From contig NC_087437.1 of NCBI RefSeq assembly GCF_036321535.1, positions 15,812,001-15,876,000 of the forward strand: a stretch of 64,000 nt of DNA. Reading direction: 5' to 3'. Below, in pieces: positions 38,561 through 50,570 of this stretch. Every line of letters starts with the position of its first letter. Positions within the stretch are counted from its first letter, which is position 1. A program made the position numbers and the translations under genes. Source of the DNA: Camelus dromedarius. Lineage: Eukaryota. The notes below the pieces were generated by a model, which was not told the DNA's origin, searched no databases, and saw only the letters and a program-made list of their open reading frames with translations.

Positions 38561-38779
38561 GCCTTCGTTGCGACAATACAGCTTGAGTCATCAATGAAGT
38601 GCTTGCCCCCATGGGGCCACTCTGGGCTATGGTCCCAGACCCCCAGTTCCCTCGTTCACCACTGTCCTATCACAGGGGATTCTTGGGTGAAAAACTACGC
38701 GAAGCACTACCACACAGAAACTATTGTGTTAGAACAGGTAGGTAGCCCCTTGGAAAAAGAAAGGGAGGGTTATTTTGAA

Positions 38780-40420
38780 ACTTTGTATTTTGTTCCATTC
38801 ATCTACCTCTTTCAGTGCCAGAACCGCACTGTTTTTGCTGGCTATGGTGTGACAGTATGTTTTAATACCTGGTATGACTGTTGCCTCTTCTTCTTTCGTT
38901 AGTTTTCCTGGCTACTCTTGCTTGTTTTACTTGCACTAAAATGTTTTGAAAATGTTTCAGATCTAGACAGAGTTTAAAGAATAATGCAACACTTTAAAAA
39001 AAAGAAAGAAGGATGTGTTGTAGATATTGATCGACCTACCACTCAGCTTCTGAAATATCTTCCAATTTCCTCTGCAAATGCGGAGGAAACCCCATCCATC
39101 TCATCTCAATCCCTGCCCTGCCTCCCACCAGGGTGCCCACTGAAGCTGGTGGGTTTTTTTGGTTTCCATGAATTGTATTCACTTTTAATGCCTGTGTATG
39201 TGGGCCTAAACAAAACAGTAACCTAGATGTTTCTAAATTTTGTACAGACAGTATTACACTGTATGTGTCCTGCGGAACCTTGTTCTTTTCCCCCGAACTC
39301 AACATTACGTTTGAGAGATTCTTCCAAGTTGAGACAACGTGCTCGCGCCCATTGTCACCGCAGCTGTGTGGTGTTTTGCTGTCTGAAAATACCAATTTAT
39401 TCATTTTCCTGGTGATGGGTACTTAGCTTGTATATAATTTTCTACCATTATAAACAGTACTTCGATGGACATTTCTAAGAATTTCCCCTTGGGTCTTTTG
39501 GTTCTATACTGAGGAATGGAATATCTTGTTCATAGGACATCCACTTGTTCCGGCCTCCTAGACCGAGTCAAATTGCCCTTTGAAGTGTGTATACCTGTTC
39601 GTTTTCCTGTTTTAATTTTAGAATTAGCTCCACTATTTCTAAATGAGCATATAAATAAATAACAGGTTCATTAGATTAAATGTATAGATTAATTCAGGAA
39701 TACTTAACATTTTATGATGTTTAGAATTCATTTCCAAGAGCATAGAACTTATTTTTTCTCTTAGTAAGCATATCCAGGGATTTTGTCCTTTTTGTTACTA
39801 TTGTAAATGAGGGTTTTCTCTCCCATTGTGCCTACCAGTTGGTTGTTGGTAAATATAAAATCCATTGCTTTCTAGATATCACTTTGGTGACCTGTCCTCT
39901 TACCATTAAGAATAGATTGCAAGTTGGTTGTCTTACGCTTGCCAGACATATAATCATCTTATCTACTAATGTGGACCATGTTTGTCGCCTCCTTTCTCCT
40001 TAATACAACTAATTTCCTTTACAATAGTCCTATAATTGTTGCGCCTTCTGCTCCACAACACTGCTAACTAACATGGTAAATTGGGACATTTTTGCCTCAT
40101 TGCTAATTTTTATGGGGAAAATCTGGTGTTTTTCCATTAAGTATTGAGAAAGATATATATCATCATGGCAGAAAATACCCATCTGTCTCTATTTTATTAT
40201 GAGTTTTTTGAACATCCAGAGTGAGTGTTGAGTATTATTTATTGCTTCTTCAGGGTCCACTGAGATGCTTAGATGATGTTTGGATCTAGGACCCTCAAGA
40301 TTGTATCATGGATTCTCTCATATTGAACCACTCTTGCTTTGTAGTGAACCCCGCTTGGTCCTTCAGTGTGTGGCTGGGTTCTCGGCTAGTACTTTATTAG
40401 CACTGATGTTCACAAGCAGA
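38780..40420 (-). mobile_element. Cluster of old L1M fragments (ORF2 pieces with a nested 3' UTR piece)
   Basis: T-rich tracts 'ttgttccattcatcta', 'tttgagagattcttccaagttg', 'aatgtatagattaatt', 'ctattgtaaatgag', 'tattgaaccactcttgc'. Confidence 0.7.
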
Positions 40421-41914
40421 TTGGATCTCAGAAGCCTGTCTGGGTGCTGGGGATTAGAGTCCCCCTTACAGCCTCAACACTTATACGAAGAGGCAGTTCT
40501 CATGATTCTTTGGGTCCCCAAATGTTCTACAGAACTTCAGCCTTTGAGAGACGAGCTGCATAAAGTCTTGTCACAGAGGATGGCATCTCAGGAAGGGGGG
40601 GGGGTCTGTTCAGAGTCCCTGGCCGTGGATCCTCTCTCAGCCTTCTCTCTGCTCTGTTCACTGCTTCCGTAAAAGCACTTCGCAGCTTTCCAAGCAGGTT
40701 CTTTTTTTTTTTTTTTCAGAGTTTTTTTTGGATCCAGGAGTGTATTTTTCCAGAGAAAGGATTTTCTAAGTGGTAATTGAACTACTGCTTCTTCCTGGCC
40801 TTGAAACCCCTTTACTGTTTAGCGTCCCTACCAGGGCTGTGGGGGTGGCCGTCCCAGCCACAGCTGCTCACCAGTTGTCGCAGTCTTGTGACAGGAACCT
40901 GGGCTGTGTTCCATGCTGGCATCCTCCCCGGAAGCTCGCCCTCTGTAACCCTGGCCAAGCGAGAGCGTCTGTCTTCACCTGCAGAAGGGCAGTTGCCCCT
41001 GGCGGACGCCGAGGCTGCGCTGCATGCTTGAGGCAGGAGTACCAGGAACAGGTTAACTCTGTTTGAAGAAGAGGCCCCCTCTCTATTTGCATGAGAAAAG
41101 AGAACTCAGTGCTTTTGCCCAGGAGAATGTAACTGCCCATCAATCACTCCCTAGGTGACCCCTTGGGAGAACAAAGGGCAGTTGGTTTTTCTAAGTCAAG
41201 GGTTTGTAAGTTGGGGGTGACCGGCAAATGAGATCTCTCTTGGTAGGGTGCTTTTCTCTTTCTTTTTCTTCCTGATGGACAAATTAAGCTCCATTTTTAT
41301 TTCCTTCTGACTCCAGGCATCTCTGTAGGTCACTTTTCCCTGACTTTCCCTCTTCCCTTCTTTTTTATTCTCACTTTCCCCAATTGGCTGCCACCCGTCT
41401 CTGCCCTCCCTGCCTCCCTCCCTCCATCCTATCTCTTGGTGTGTAATTTGTTTGCAGTCAGGTTGTCTGTTTGATTTACTGGGCTGCTTCTCAGCAAAAT
41501 TATAATAAATGGATTGCTTTGCTGAGCCCCGGCTGGTTCCCCACCACCAATGTGGCCTGGGTCAAGCCCCTTGCCAACAGAGGATGCCTGCAGCCTGCAC
41601 ATGCTCACACACCCCATATCAGCCCTCTGCATCTTTTTCTAGCCAGATAGAATGAAAAATCTCAAGTCATGCATCTGAGAACCAATTAAGCTGCAAGAAC
41701 ACAGGAAGAGATGTCCCCAGGACGGTCCACCTCCCCATAGCGTGGTCCTGGGTGCCGGTGGTCTCAGGGAGCTTAGAGACTGTCCTGATTACAGATTTCA
41801 TCAGTCGTGTAATTAGCTAGTGGAGGCCTGTAAAACCTTCGTTGTTTGCACCTAAAATACACATAAAGAGCGTAAACCTACACAGTGCTCACCGAAACGA
41901 GGCGTGAATGCATC

Positions 41915-42440
41915 TGATCACGGGTTGCTCAGCCTCAAACACTTCAGCGGTTTCCCCTGGCACTGAGAATACAGTAGAAAAACAAGCCCACAAACCATCA
42001 GTCTGAACAAAGAGCATCCTAATGGGGCCCATGAGGCCCAGCCTGCCTTGTCTCCCCCTCAACTCTCTCTAGTGCAGGCAAACCCTCCCCCTCCCCCCAA
42101 CACATGCATTTGCTCTGCCTGATGCGTCCTGACAGCCCCTCTCTTCCATCAGGCCGCTTCGACTCATTCTCTTGGCTCAGTCTCAGGGCTGCTTCTCCCG
42201 GGAAATGTTTCTATCCCCTAGTTCCTGTGTTGAGCGAAGTCCCCTCATCTCCTCCACACACTGGCGTCGTCCTCCGTGTCACAGAGCAAAGGTCATGGCA
42301 TGAGTATTTGGGCCACTCCTTGTGGGTTGTCTGTCTGTCCGCCTGACCATAGGCTGCTTGGGGGCTGGACTCCTGTTATGTTTCAAGCTTTGTCTGCAGA
42401 CCAGATAGGCACTGCTTCCTAAGTACCTGTAGACTTAACT
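41915..42440 (+). mobile_element. L2 3' portion
   Basis: 'tctgatcac...ctcaaacacttcagcggtttcccctggcactgagaata', 'ctcattctcttggctcagtctcaggg'; the 3' end runs into (GGAA)n. Confidence 0.5.
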
Positions 42441-42530
42441 GAGGAAGGAAGGAAGGAAGGAAGGAAGGAAGGAAGGAAGGAAGGAAGGAAGGAAGGAAAA
42501 GAAGAGGAAAGGAAAGGAAAGGAAAGAGGG
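42441..42530. repeat. (GGAA)n plus (GGAAA)n microsatellite
   Basis: Directly visible purine tandem repeat. Confidence 0.95.
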
Positions 42531-45087
42531 AGGGCCAACCAAGAGCAACAGCATCTTTCTTCACTCAGCTGTTAGAAGCTGTTTGCATTGAAGGGTGCAT
42601 TTCCCTTGATTTGCTTCCTCTGATTCCCACCCTCACCCCACCCTCCCTTATTCCTGTGCTTTGAGTTGAGCCCCTGCCGGAGCCTCAAGGAGTAGGGACT
42701 AAGCTTCCTCCAGCCTGGGTCTCCCGCAGCCAGTGCATGTGAGTCTCAATCTGTGTTTGGTGAACTGGTTGGTAATTTCACCCCGAGGTGTCCCTGCCTG
42801 GGGCCGTCCCTGGTCACCACGTCCCAGTTGGGCAAGGTGTGGCTTGTGGAGGGAGCCATGGGCTGTTGGCGAGGTCTCAGCTCTGGGGAGACAGGAATTG
42901 CTGTGCTGCCTGGAGGCCACACTCCCGGGATCAGTTTCCTCATCCGAGGTCCCTTCTGTTAATATAGTTTGAACTTTCTGAAGCAGAAATGCCAAGACTG
43001 AAGGTTCAGCCTGGAAGTTTCCCAAGAGGTCATCTAAACCACCCACAAGCCTCCAGGAAGGGCAGCATTTCCTCTCTCAAGTCCGTGTTTTCTGTATTGT
43101 CCTCTCCCTATTAAGACCAGTATTGTTGGTCTGGGTCTTCCCTTGGGTTCCGGCAGATGAAATAAAGGTCTGGAAGAATGATGGGGGAGTTCTGTTTGGA
43201 GCAAGGATTCCGGTGACAGACTAACCAGCCTCTGTTCCCAGACTTGCCGCCATGGGCTCTTTGAGACTCATGCCTTAGTTCAGCATTTCAGGATCCACCA
43301 GTCACAGAAGGTCCGTTTCTCCTGCCGTCTCCTGCCATCTCCTGCGGTCACCTCCCATCTGCAGACATACGTTGACAAGCCAGATGCTTTGTCCCCTTCT
43401 GATGGTTTTATTCCCTTAACTAGTATTTTTCCCTCTAGTTTTTCATTTTCTCTTTGTCTCTGGGAATGAGGAACCGTGGCTGTTAGGCAAGAGCCTCTCT
43501 TTCCCTTGTTTGAGTTCAGTAAATCTCCAGCATCTGTAAAGAGTGACACCCTCCAGCCTTGGGCTTCTGCAGGGAAACTGGCTTTTCACTCCTTAACGCA
43601 TAGCCAGGTCTGCTTTAATACTCGCCCCCCTCTCTTCTGGAGATTTGCAGCTTACAAGGTGTTATTTAAAAGAAATTAATGGAAACTAGAAGTCTGCATT
43701 GGCAGAGCCCTAATGCCCTCTGCTTGCCCCTGTTCCCTCCCTGTGGCCCTGTGGGGCTGCCTTGCTTTTTTCTGCCGGATTTGGCCTCCAGGAATTGACA
43801 TCCACAGAGATCAAAACTGCCTTTATCTTGTCTTCTCACCCTGCAGTTGGTGGCTCGCTGGATGCCCAGTGAATTAAACATTTTGCCCAGTGGCGGAGAA
43901 TCGGGGTCCAGATGGATGCAGGAGAGGTCTGGGTGCCCAGTGCCGAAGGGATGTGTTGGAGAGTGAGGGTCTGTCCTTCCTTCTGTGATCACACATGGGC
44001 AGAGGGTGAGCTGGAAGGGAATAATCTCTTACTGTTACCAATGCATTTTTTCCACAAAGGGAGTAAGAAAGCCTCAGCTTTGATTTGGAAATTTTCTAAG
44101 CTTAGAAGAAGCTGAAAAGTAAAATATGATGCTGGGACCTTTTTTGTGCAGATGCAGAATCTGAAAACATGCACTTTTCCCATTCAACATGCTCACATAT
44201 CTTTCTAGTACCCTTGTAAGCAAAAGTGAATTCGCCGTTTGTAAGCCCTAAGAGGAAGAGCCACTGAATGTTAAGAAGGGCAGCTTAAGTTTCTGTTCAG
44301 GTCTAAACTGCTAGAGAAGGTGGGCTGATAACAGAAAAGCACTCCAGGTTTATCTTCTGCATGCGAAGCTGATGGGCAGAGGAAGGGATGTGGGTACAGT
44401 TCAAACCCCAAATGACAGGTGCACAGGTCCCTCCATAAGGTTGCCCTCTGCCTTTCTCTTTTGATCTCAATTTCTGCAGCCTTTACCAGCCATCTTCGGG
44501 ATTGGCAAATAAACCGGCCTTGAGAATGAGGTAAGAGTTGGGGAGAAGGAAGGAACTAGAACCTTCTCTTTGACGCCTTCTCCGGATTTCTTCCATGTGG
44601 TCAGTGACAGGGAATTGCAGCCTTTCTGGGATCTTTCTAGGTTCATCACTGGGGAGGCTCTAAATAGCTGCATTTGAATGACTCACCAGGTCAAGTATAC
44701 AGCCTGCAGAGGCCAGGGAAGAAGCTCTGAGATGCCCTGCAGAGCATCTGGACCTCTAAGGGTCTTCCATGCAGAAGTCATCTCAGGGTTGCTGAGTCCG
44801 GGTTTGATTTGCATCTGCTGGGTGCTGAGCTTCCTCTCCAACCAGTTCTCTTCAGTCCTGGCACCCTCCCTTCCATAGCCTGGTCCATGGATGTGAGTTG
44901 TCCTGTCAGTAAAGGGAGACACTCATAGAACCTAGCTCAAAACCACTGAGGACCAGCAAAGGTGCTGAGACCACACTTGGTACATCATAAGCATCCAATG
45001 ACAATTGTTGTGGTGGATTTTACTGTGACGACGATGATGACAGACATTATTTCTGCCCTCACTGACACGCCACAGTGCACCTTCCTT

Positions 45088-45308
45088 TCTTTTTTTTTTT
45101 TTAAATTAAAGTGCAGTCAGTTACAATATGTCAATTTCCCATGCACAGCACAGTCTCCCAGTCATACACATATATATACATATAGTCTCTTTCATATTCT
45201 TTTTCACTAAAGGTTATTACAAGATACTGGATACAGTTCCTTGTGCTGTACAGCAATTTGGTTTTAATCTATTTTTATATATAGTGGTTAATATCTGAGT
45301 TCGAGATT
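45088..45308 (-). mobile_element. 5'-truncated lineage-specific L1 3' end with TSD
   Basis: T-tail, then 'aaagtgcagtcagttacaat...ggttattacaagatactggatacagttcc'. TSD TGCACCTT(C/T)CTT at 45076-45087 and 45309-45320. Confidence 0.85.
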
Positions 45309-46807
45309 TGCACCTTTCTTCTTGCTGACTGACTTGCTGGTTTTCTCCTGTCAATGCCGGTGCAGGTTGGTCTCCACTGCAGATCTCCATGGAGTCGACC
45401 TCCTCCGTGTCCTGTGCCCTCAGATCTCTCGGGTGCTTTGCTCACTGGGAGTAGTTCCCTGGGTGTCAGGCTCAGAGGGCATTCCCACTACGGCAGACTT
45501 TCTAGAAAGCATCGTGGGTTTGGTGCAGACAGAGGTGACAATCTGAACGCAGAGCTGGTTCCTGTAGCTCAGTCATGACCCAAGGGCCCCACAAAAGACC
45601 TCTCCTGTCCTGATTCTAAGGGGTGGAGGTCAGTAAAGTCTCAACCCCAGTGGAAGGCTCATCCCCTCCTGGTGAATGTCACTCTCCTCGCGTGGTACCT
45701 GTCCCATCACCAGCAGGGCTGTAGGGGCACGGGGCCATCAGGGTGGCAGGAGGGGGGCTCCAGACCTTGGGTGAGATGGCTGTGCCTCTGGGAGTTGTCC
45801 TGAATGGGTGAGGGCAGAGGTGCCCCCGATTCTTCCTCACCACCAGGTTTAAGTCACGAGGCCCAAGGCACGCCCAGCCCCCTCAGCGTGTTTATTCCTT
45901 AAGGGTGGTTTTCTTCCAGGTCAGTTCAGTTTAGTTTATCACCCTTAGGAATCTGGAAGATTCCAACCTCTCTCTGGCCTGGGAAGTCAATGGTGAGGGG
46001 CTGCTGAACCTTGAAGGGAGAGTGCTCCAATCCCAGCCACACCCTAATCCCCTGGGACTCAGGGAAGAGGGCCAGCGCAGCAGCAACCCTGCAGGAGAGT
46101 GTGGCCGCCCTCAGAGTGCAGGCCAGCAGAGCAGGGCAGTGGGCTCACCGCACGTCCCTAATGGTCATTAATCACAGGGGTGCTGGTCTTCAAGCACTGT
46201 TGTTTCCTTTGCCCGGAGTGCCTTCCCCAATGGTTCTTTGAGGACACAACTCATCCAGAACCCAGAGGGACACTTCCTCTGGGCGGTGTGTGGTGACCAC
46301 CTGCTCTGAAGTTGCCGGCTCCCACCCTTCCATTGCACTTTTGACTGACGCACTGAATGGACGATGGATGAATGGTGTTGGTTGGGGCCGAGCCCGTGTG
46401 TGCTGTGTCTGCACATCCTCTCTGTGGAGAAACCTCTTTCTGCTCGGGCAGCTGGGTCTCTGTGCTGGGAAGAGGGAGGGCTTTTAGAGCCCCTTCCACT
46501 GGCAATTTCTCTTCCCTTCTTGGAGAGCCCACACTACCTGTGGCCCATGGCCTGACCAACACTCCTGTATTTCACCGTGAAACGTCCCTCAGGGGTTTGT
46601 GGCTTGAGGTTTCGCTGGTTAATCCCGAGAAGGCCAATCGATGCTATCCCTTGTGCCGGCTGGCATGGAGCGGGGTGTTGACGGGGCGAGGAGGACGGTG
46701 ACTTGGTGAATGAGCATGCCCGGGTCACGGGCCGTGTCTGTCATGGGCGAGGGCAGAGGTGTGGCTGCATTTGGCATCCCAGCTTATCAGTTTCACGCCC
46801 TGCTTCT

Positions 46808-46908
46808 CTAAGTTTACACTTTAACAGTCATCATCTCACAGCTCCAAGTATCATCCTGTAAGTGGGCTTCATTAGCAGCCCCACTGTCAGATGGGAAAGC
46901 TGACTCGA
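46808..46908 (-). mobile_element. MIR fragment
   Basis: 'atcctgtaagtgggcttcattagcagccccactgtcagatgggaaagctga'. Confidence 0.5.
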
Positions 46909-48214
46909 CTGTGGTGGTCTGAGTGCTGACGGCAGGACTAGGAGGAGAAGCCGGGGACAGGGAAGGATTTGCACCTCTGTCTCTTCAGGTCCCTCCTTCC
47001 TGCCGACCCCATCATCTGACCATCGACACTTGTTTAACGGCACCCACCTGGTTTCTCCCTGTAGTTGGTGGCAGGCCAGCCCCGATGCTTCAGCTCCCAG
47101 GAGACTTCAGACATGCGACGGCAGAGTCTGCATCTAGCAGGTGATACGGGGCTTCGGCACAATCTGTAGTTTGGAAGCAATTCTGTGTTTTCCAGGCGCC
47201 CATCTGTGGAGGAGAGCGGGGTCTGTGCGGGGTCTGCTTGCTTACTGAGGCAACAACTGCTGCTCAGGACTGGAACTGTGTGCCACTTCGTTTCCAAGCT
47301 GAGAAGTCCCAGGGCTTCTCAGGAGGTGGCTCCAGCCTTCGGGAGCACTGTCTCCAGGTTTGGGAGCACCGTGCTGATTCCTGTCCTTGTTGGAATGAAT
47401 CTGTGCAGAGCCAGGGATGCTGCACACAGGCTGGGAGCTCAGGCCTATCATTGCATGGTATTCTGACTCGGTCCAGTCTCCCAAGGGAGGTGGGTGGAGG
47501 GCAGTGTGTGGTCAGTGGAGCGGAGGACACGAGGTGAGGGGGCATGGGTTCTTCACGTTATCTGAGGTGCGTGTAGGACACTTCCCAAGGTTAGGAGTGG
47601 AAAAGACACTTGGGACCCCTTATGTGTGAGTTTCATCACTCATCATCATCATATTTATCACCATCCTCAGCCATGGGGGCCCAGGGATTATGGAAGGTTT
47701 GTGCTGGATGTTCTGGGCAGAGTGACTGCTCCTAACTCAGGTTGGCCTGTGATGTTCGTTCCCTCTTGTCTGTGTATCTGAGATCCTCTGCTGGGCAGCT
47801 TGCCAACCTTGGCAAGGCGTTTCACTCCTGCATGCCCTTGCTCTTCCCTTCCATGCCTTTCTGACTAGTGCACTCCTACTCATCTGCAAAGCTCCAGCTT
47901 CAGCGCCCCTTCTGCCAGACAAGATTAATATCTTTCCAGGGTTAGTGTTGATCATATCCTGAAGTTGATCTCTTCCCTGTTTTTCACTACCTCAAATACA
48001 TGCTAGACTTTGAGCTTATTGAGGGGATGGGCTGTCTAGGGGAGGGCCAGCAGGCCATGGCAGGAATCGCGATCACATTTGGTGAGGGTGCGATGTAGGG
48101 CACAGACCAGGTGGGTCGTGGGGGGTGTAGGGGTCTGAGCTGATAAAACCATTCAAAGTGAATTGTCTTGGGAGTTTGACATGAGCTTGGTTGGAACTTG
48201 ACTCTGGGTGCAGT

Positions 48215-48340
48215 ACGTTCTGAGGTTTCCTCTTTGAGCCTCAGTGCCTCTTTCTGTAGGAACGTGAGAGTAGAGCTTATGCTCAGGCGGCTGTGAGAAT
48301 CTGTGAGCTGATGTAGGAGGAGTGCGTGGTGGATGCTCAG
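48215..48340 (+). mobile_element. MIR fragment
   Basis: 'cctctttgagcctcagtgcctctttctgta...ggctgtgagaatctgtgagctgatg'. Confidence 0.5.
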
Positions 48341-48808
48341 ACACCGTGGTCGTCATCGAGCTCCTTCTGGCTGAGAAGCTGAGGCCTTTGGGAGCAGGGA
48401 TGGTACCTTTCACATCTTCAGATCTGCCAGTGGGCCTCCCACAGTGCCTTGCTGGCTGGCTGCCTCGTTTTTTTAAAGTAGTTGAGTGAAGTAACACCTT
48501 CAGAAGAACTTTGAGCTAGGAAGAGGGAGGGTGGACGTAGTGGTTGAGGAGGAAGACTTGGGCAGTGGTCTGTGTGTGTCGGGTGTTAGAGGGAGTGGAG
48601 GTGTGTGGAGGGGACAGGAAGGACCCTGAGCCTGAGAAATCAGGGCCTTTCAGGCACACTCCGAGGTCACCCGGACTGGGGAACTTCCCGCATGTCATGG
48701 AGCCTCTGGAGGAAGACCTTGGGCTCGTGGGGCCCAGTGGGAGGTAGACGTGGGCAGAGAGGTGGGAGGAGCATGTGGGTGGGCATAAGGGCAAGAGTGT
48801 GTGTGGGA

Positions 48809-48950
48809 GGGGTGGGTATAGCTCAGTTGTAGAGCGCGTGCCTAGCATGCACGAGGTCCAGCGTTCAATCCCCAGTACCTCCATTAAAATAAAAAAAGCT
48901 AATTACCTCCCTCCAAAATTCAAAAAAAAATCGAAAAAAAAGTCTTTAAA
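48809..48950 (+). mobile_element. tRNA-Ala(AGC)-derived SINE, camelid Vic-1 type
   Basis: Head GGGTATAGCTCAGTTGTAGAGCGCGTGCCTAGCATGCACGAGGTCCAGCGTTCAATCCCCAGTACCTCCA (to 48883), then an A-rich linker, 'ctaattacctccc' and an A-tail. Imperfect TSD AAGAGT..GTGGGA on both sides. Confidence 0.9.
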
Positions 48951-49359
48951 AAGAGTACGTGGGAGTGCGCTTCTGTGTGGGTAGAGGTTCTATCCAGTGG
49001 ATGTAGGTGTTGGGGGGATGTGTGTGTGCGCGTGTATGTGTGCATGTGCTTGTGTGCGCCCTCACATGTGTCCAGCAGACCCAACACTAACCAAAGGACA
49101 CATTTCTACCCTCACAAAACTTGTAATGGTGGTTACACGGGGAAGAATGTCTCTAATGACAATGAAATCATTACTTGAAAGTTTGGTGACTGATCTGATG
49201 GGAAATTTCTGGAATTCTTTTAAAGTTCGTAAGAGTACCTAATTCATAATAGGGGCTGGAAAGACAATCTGCTTTTTAAAAAGCTTTCGTCCTTTCATCT
49301 TATGTATCATAATTTTAACACACATAATTTACATTTTTTGCATAATAAATATGTGCATG

Positions 49360-49745
49360 TTTTCATTCTGTAACATAACTACAGCACCATAATCACATCT
49401 AAAAAAATTAGCACTGATTCCTTAGTGTTATCAAATATCTAGACAGTGTTCAGATTACCCTGTGTGTCTTATAAAATTTTTTACAGTTTGTTCGTTTAAA
49501 TTAGGATCCAAACAAGATCCACACATTAGGTCTGGCTGACTTGTCTCTCAAGCCTCTTCTGATCCCTATGTTCCCCCATTCTTTTTCTATTTCCATGTTA
49601 TTTATTTGTTGAATAAAATTTTTATTTATAAAAAGATTACATGTCCTGTAGAGTTTTGCAGAGTCTGGATTTTGCAGCTCATACCCCTTCGTTGTCAGTT
49701 AACATGTTTCTTGTTCCCCAGGACGTCCTGTAAGTGGAGCCTCCT
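49360..49745 (-). mobile_element. L1MC-like 3' UTR fragment
   Basis: 'attccttagtgttatcaaatatctagacagtgttcagatt', 'aggatccaaacaagatccacacatt', 'gtctggattttgc'. Confidence 0.7.
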
Positions 49746-50194
49746 AGGTCTGGACAGGTGCAGGTTCGGTTTAGTTTCCGCACAGGCAGCCATCAGTGTC
49801 TGTGACCTAGGTGGGGAAGACATCTCATTGACTGCAGCATCCAAGCTAAAGCCAGCTGGGTGAGAAGAGTCGCCGGGAAGATGGGACGGAAGGAGAGAGG
49901 CAGGGAGGGGGATCACAGACGGAGGCTTGAGTGTGCAAGAGGATCTGTCGGAATTGAGCAGCTCTGAAGAGCTGGGAGGTGGGTGGCAAGGTGGGCACTC
50001 CACCCTCTTTAAGCCTCATCAGTAGAGTGGACACACTGCCTGTGATTACTTCCTAAAGGAATTGTGGAAATTAAGAGATAGCGGCTCTGAAACCTTTAGC
50101 ATCAGCACCCGGCAAATAGAAAGGAATCAATAGATGTTATCAGTGGTGATGATGTTGGTAATGATGATGATGAAGACAGCGTGGAGAAGGAGGG

Positions 50195-50570
50195 AGGGGA
50201 GCCTGGACTTTTCCCTGCGATCCCTGGGAAGCGACTGAAAACTTTTGGGTCAGAGAGTGATGTAATCAGATTTGCATTTTAGGAAGCCTGATCCATCTGT
50301 GAGATGGAGAATGAATTTGGGAGGTGTGAGAAAAGGGGTGAGATGTCAGTCAGGAGCTAATGCAGTTGTGCAGAAGAGAGGGGGCTGGCCTGGGTGGGGT
50401 GATGGCAGTGGGATGGAGGTAAGTGGACTTACTGGGAGGTATTCAGAGAATGAACAGAGACAAGACGGTAGACAAAGCCAGTGCGAGAGGGGACAAAGCA
50501 GTCCAGGAGGGGGTCTGGATTTTGGCTTGAGTCTCTGACAGGAAGATAGTGCTGCCCCCTGAGACAGGGA
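50195..50570 (-). mobile_element. L2 fragment
   Basis: 'gggaagcgactgaaaactttt...gagtgatgtaatcagatttgcattttaggaag', 'aggagctaatgcagttgtgcag'. Confidence 0.65.

Noticed and set aside
48812..48883. Apparent tRNA-Ala(AGC) gene
   Set aside because: It is the head of a SINE: disrupted T-stem, SINE tail and TSD, and no T-run terminator right after it.
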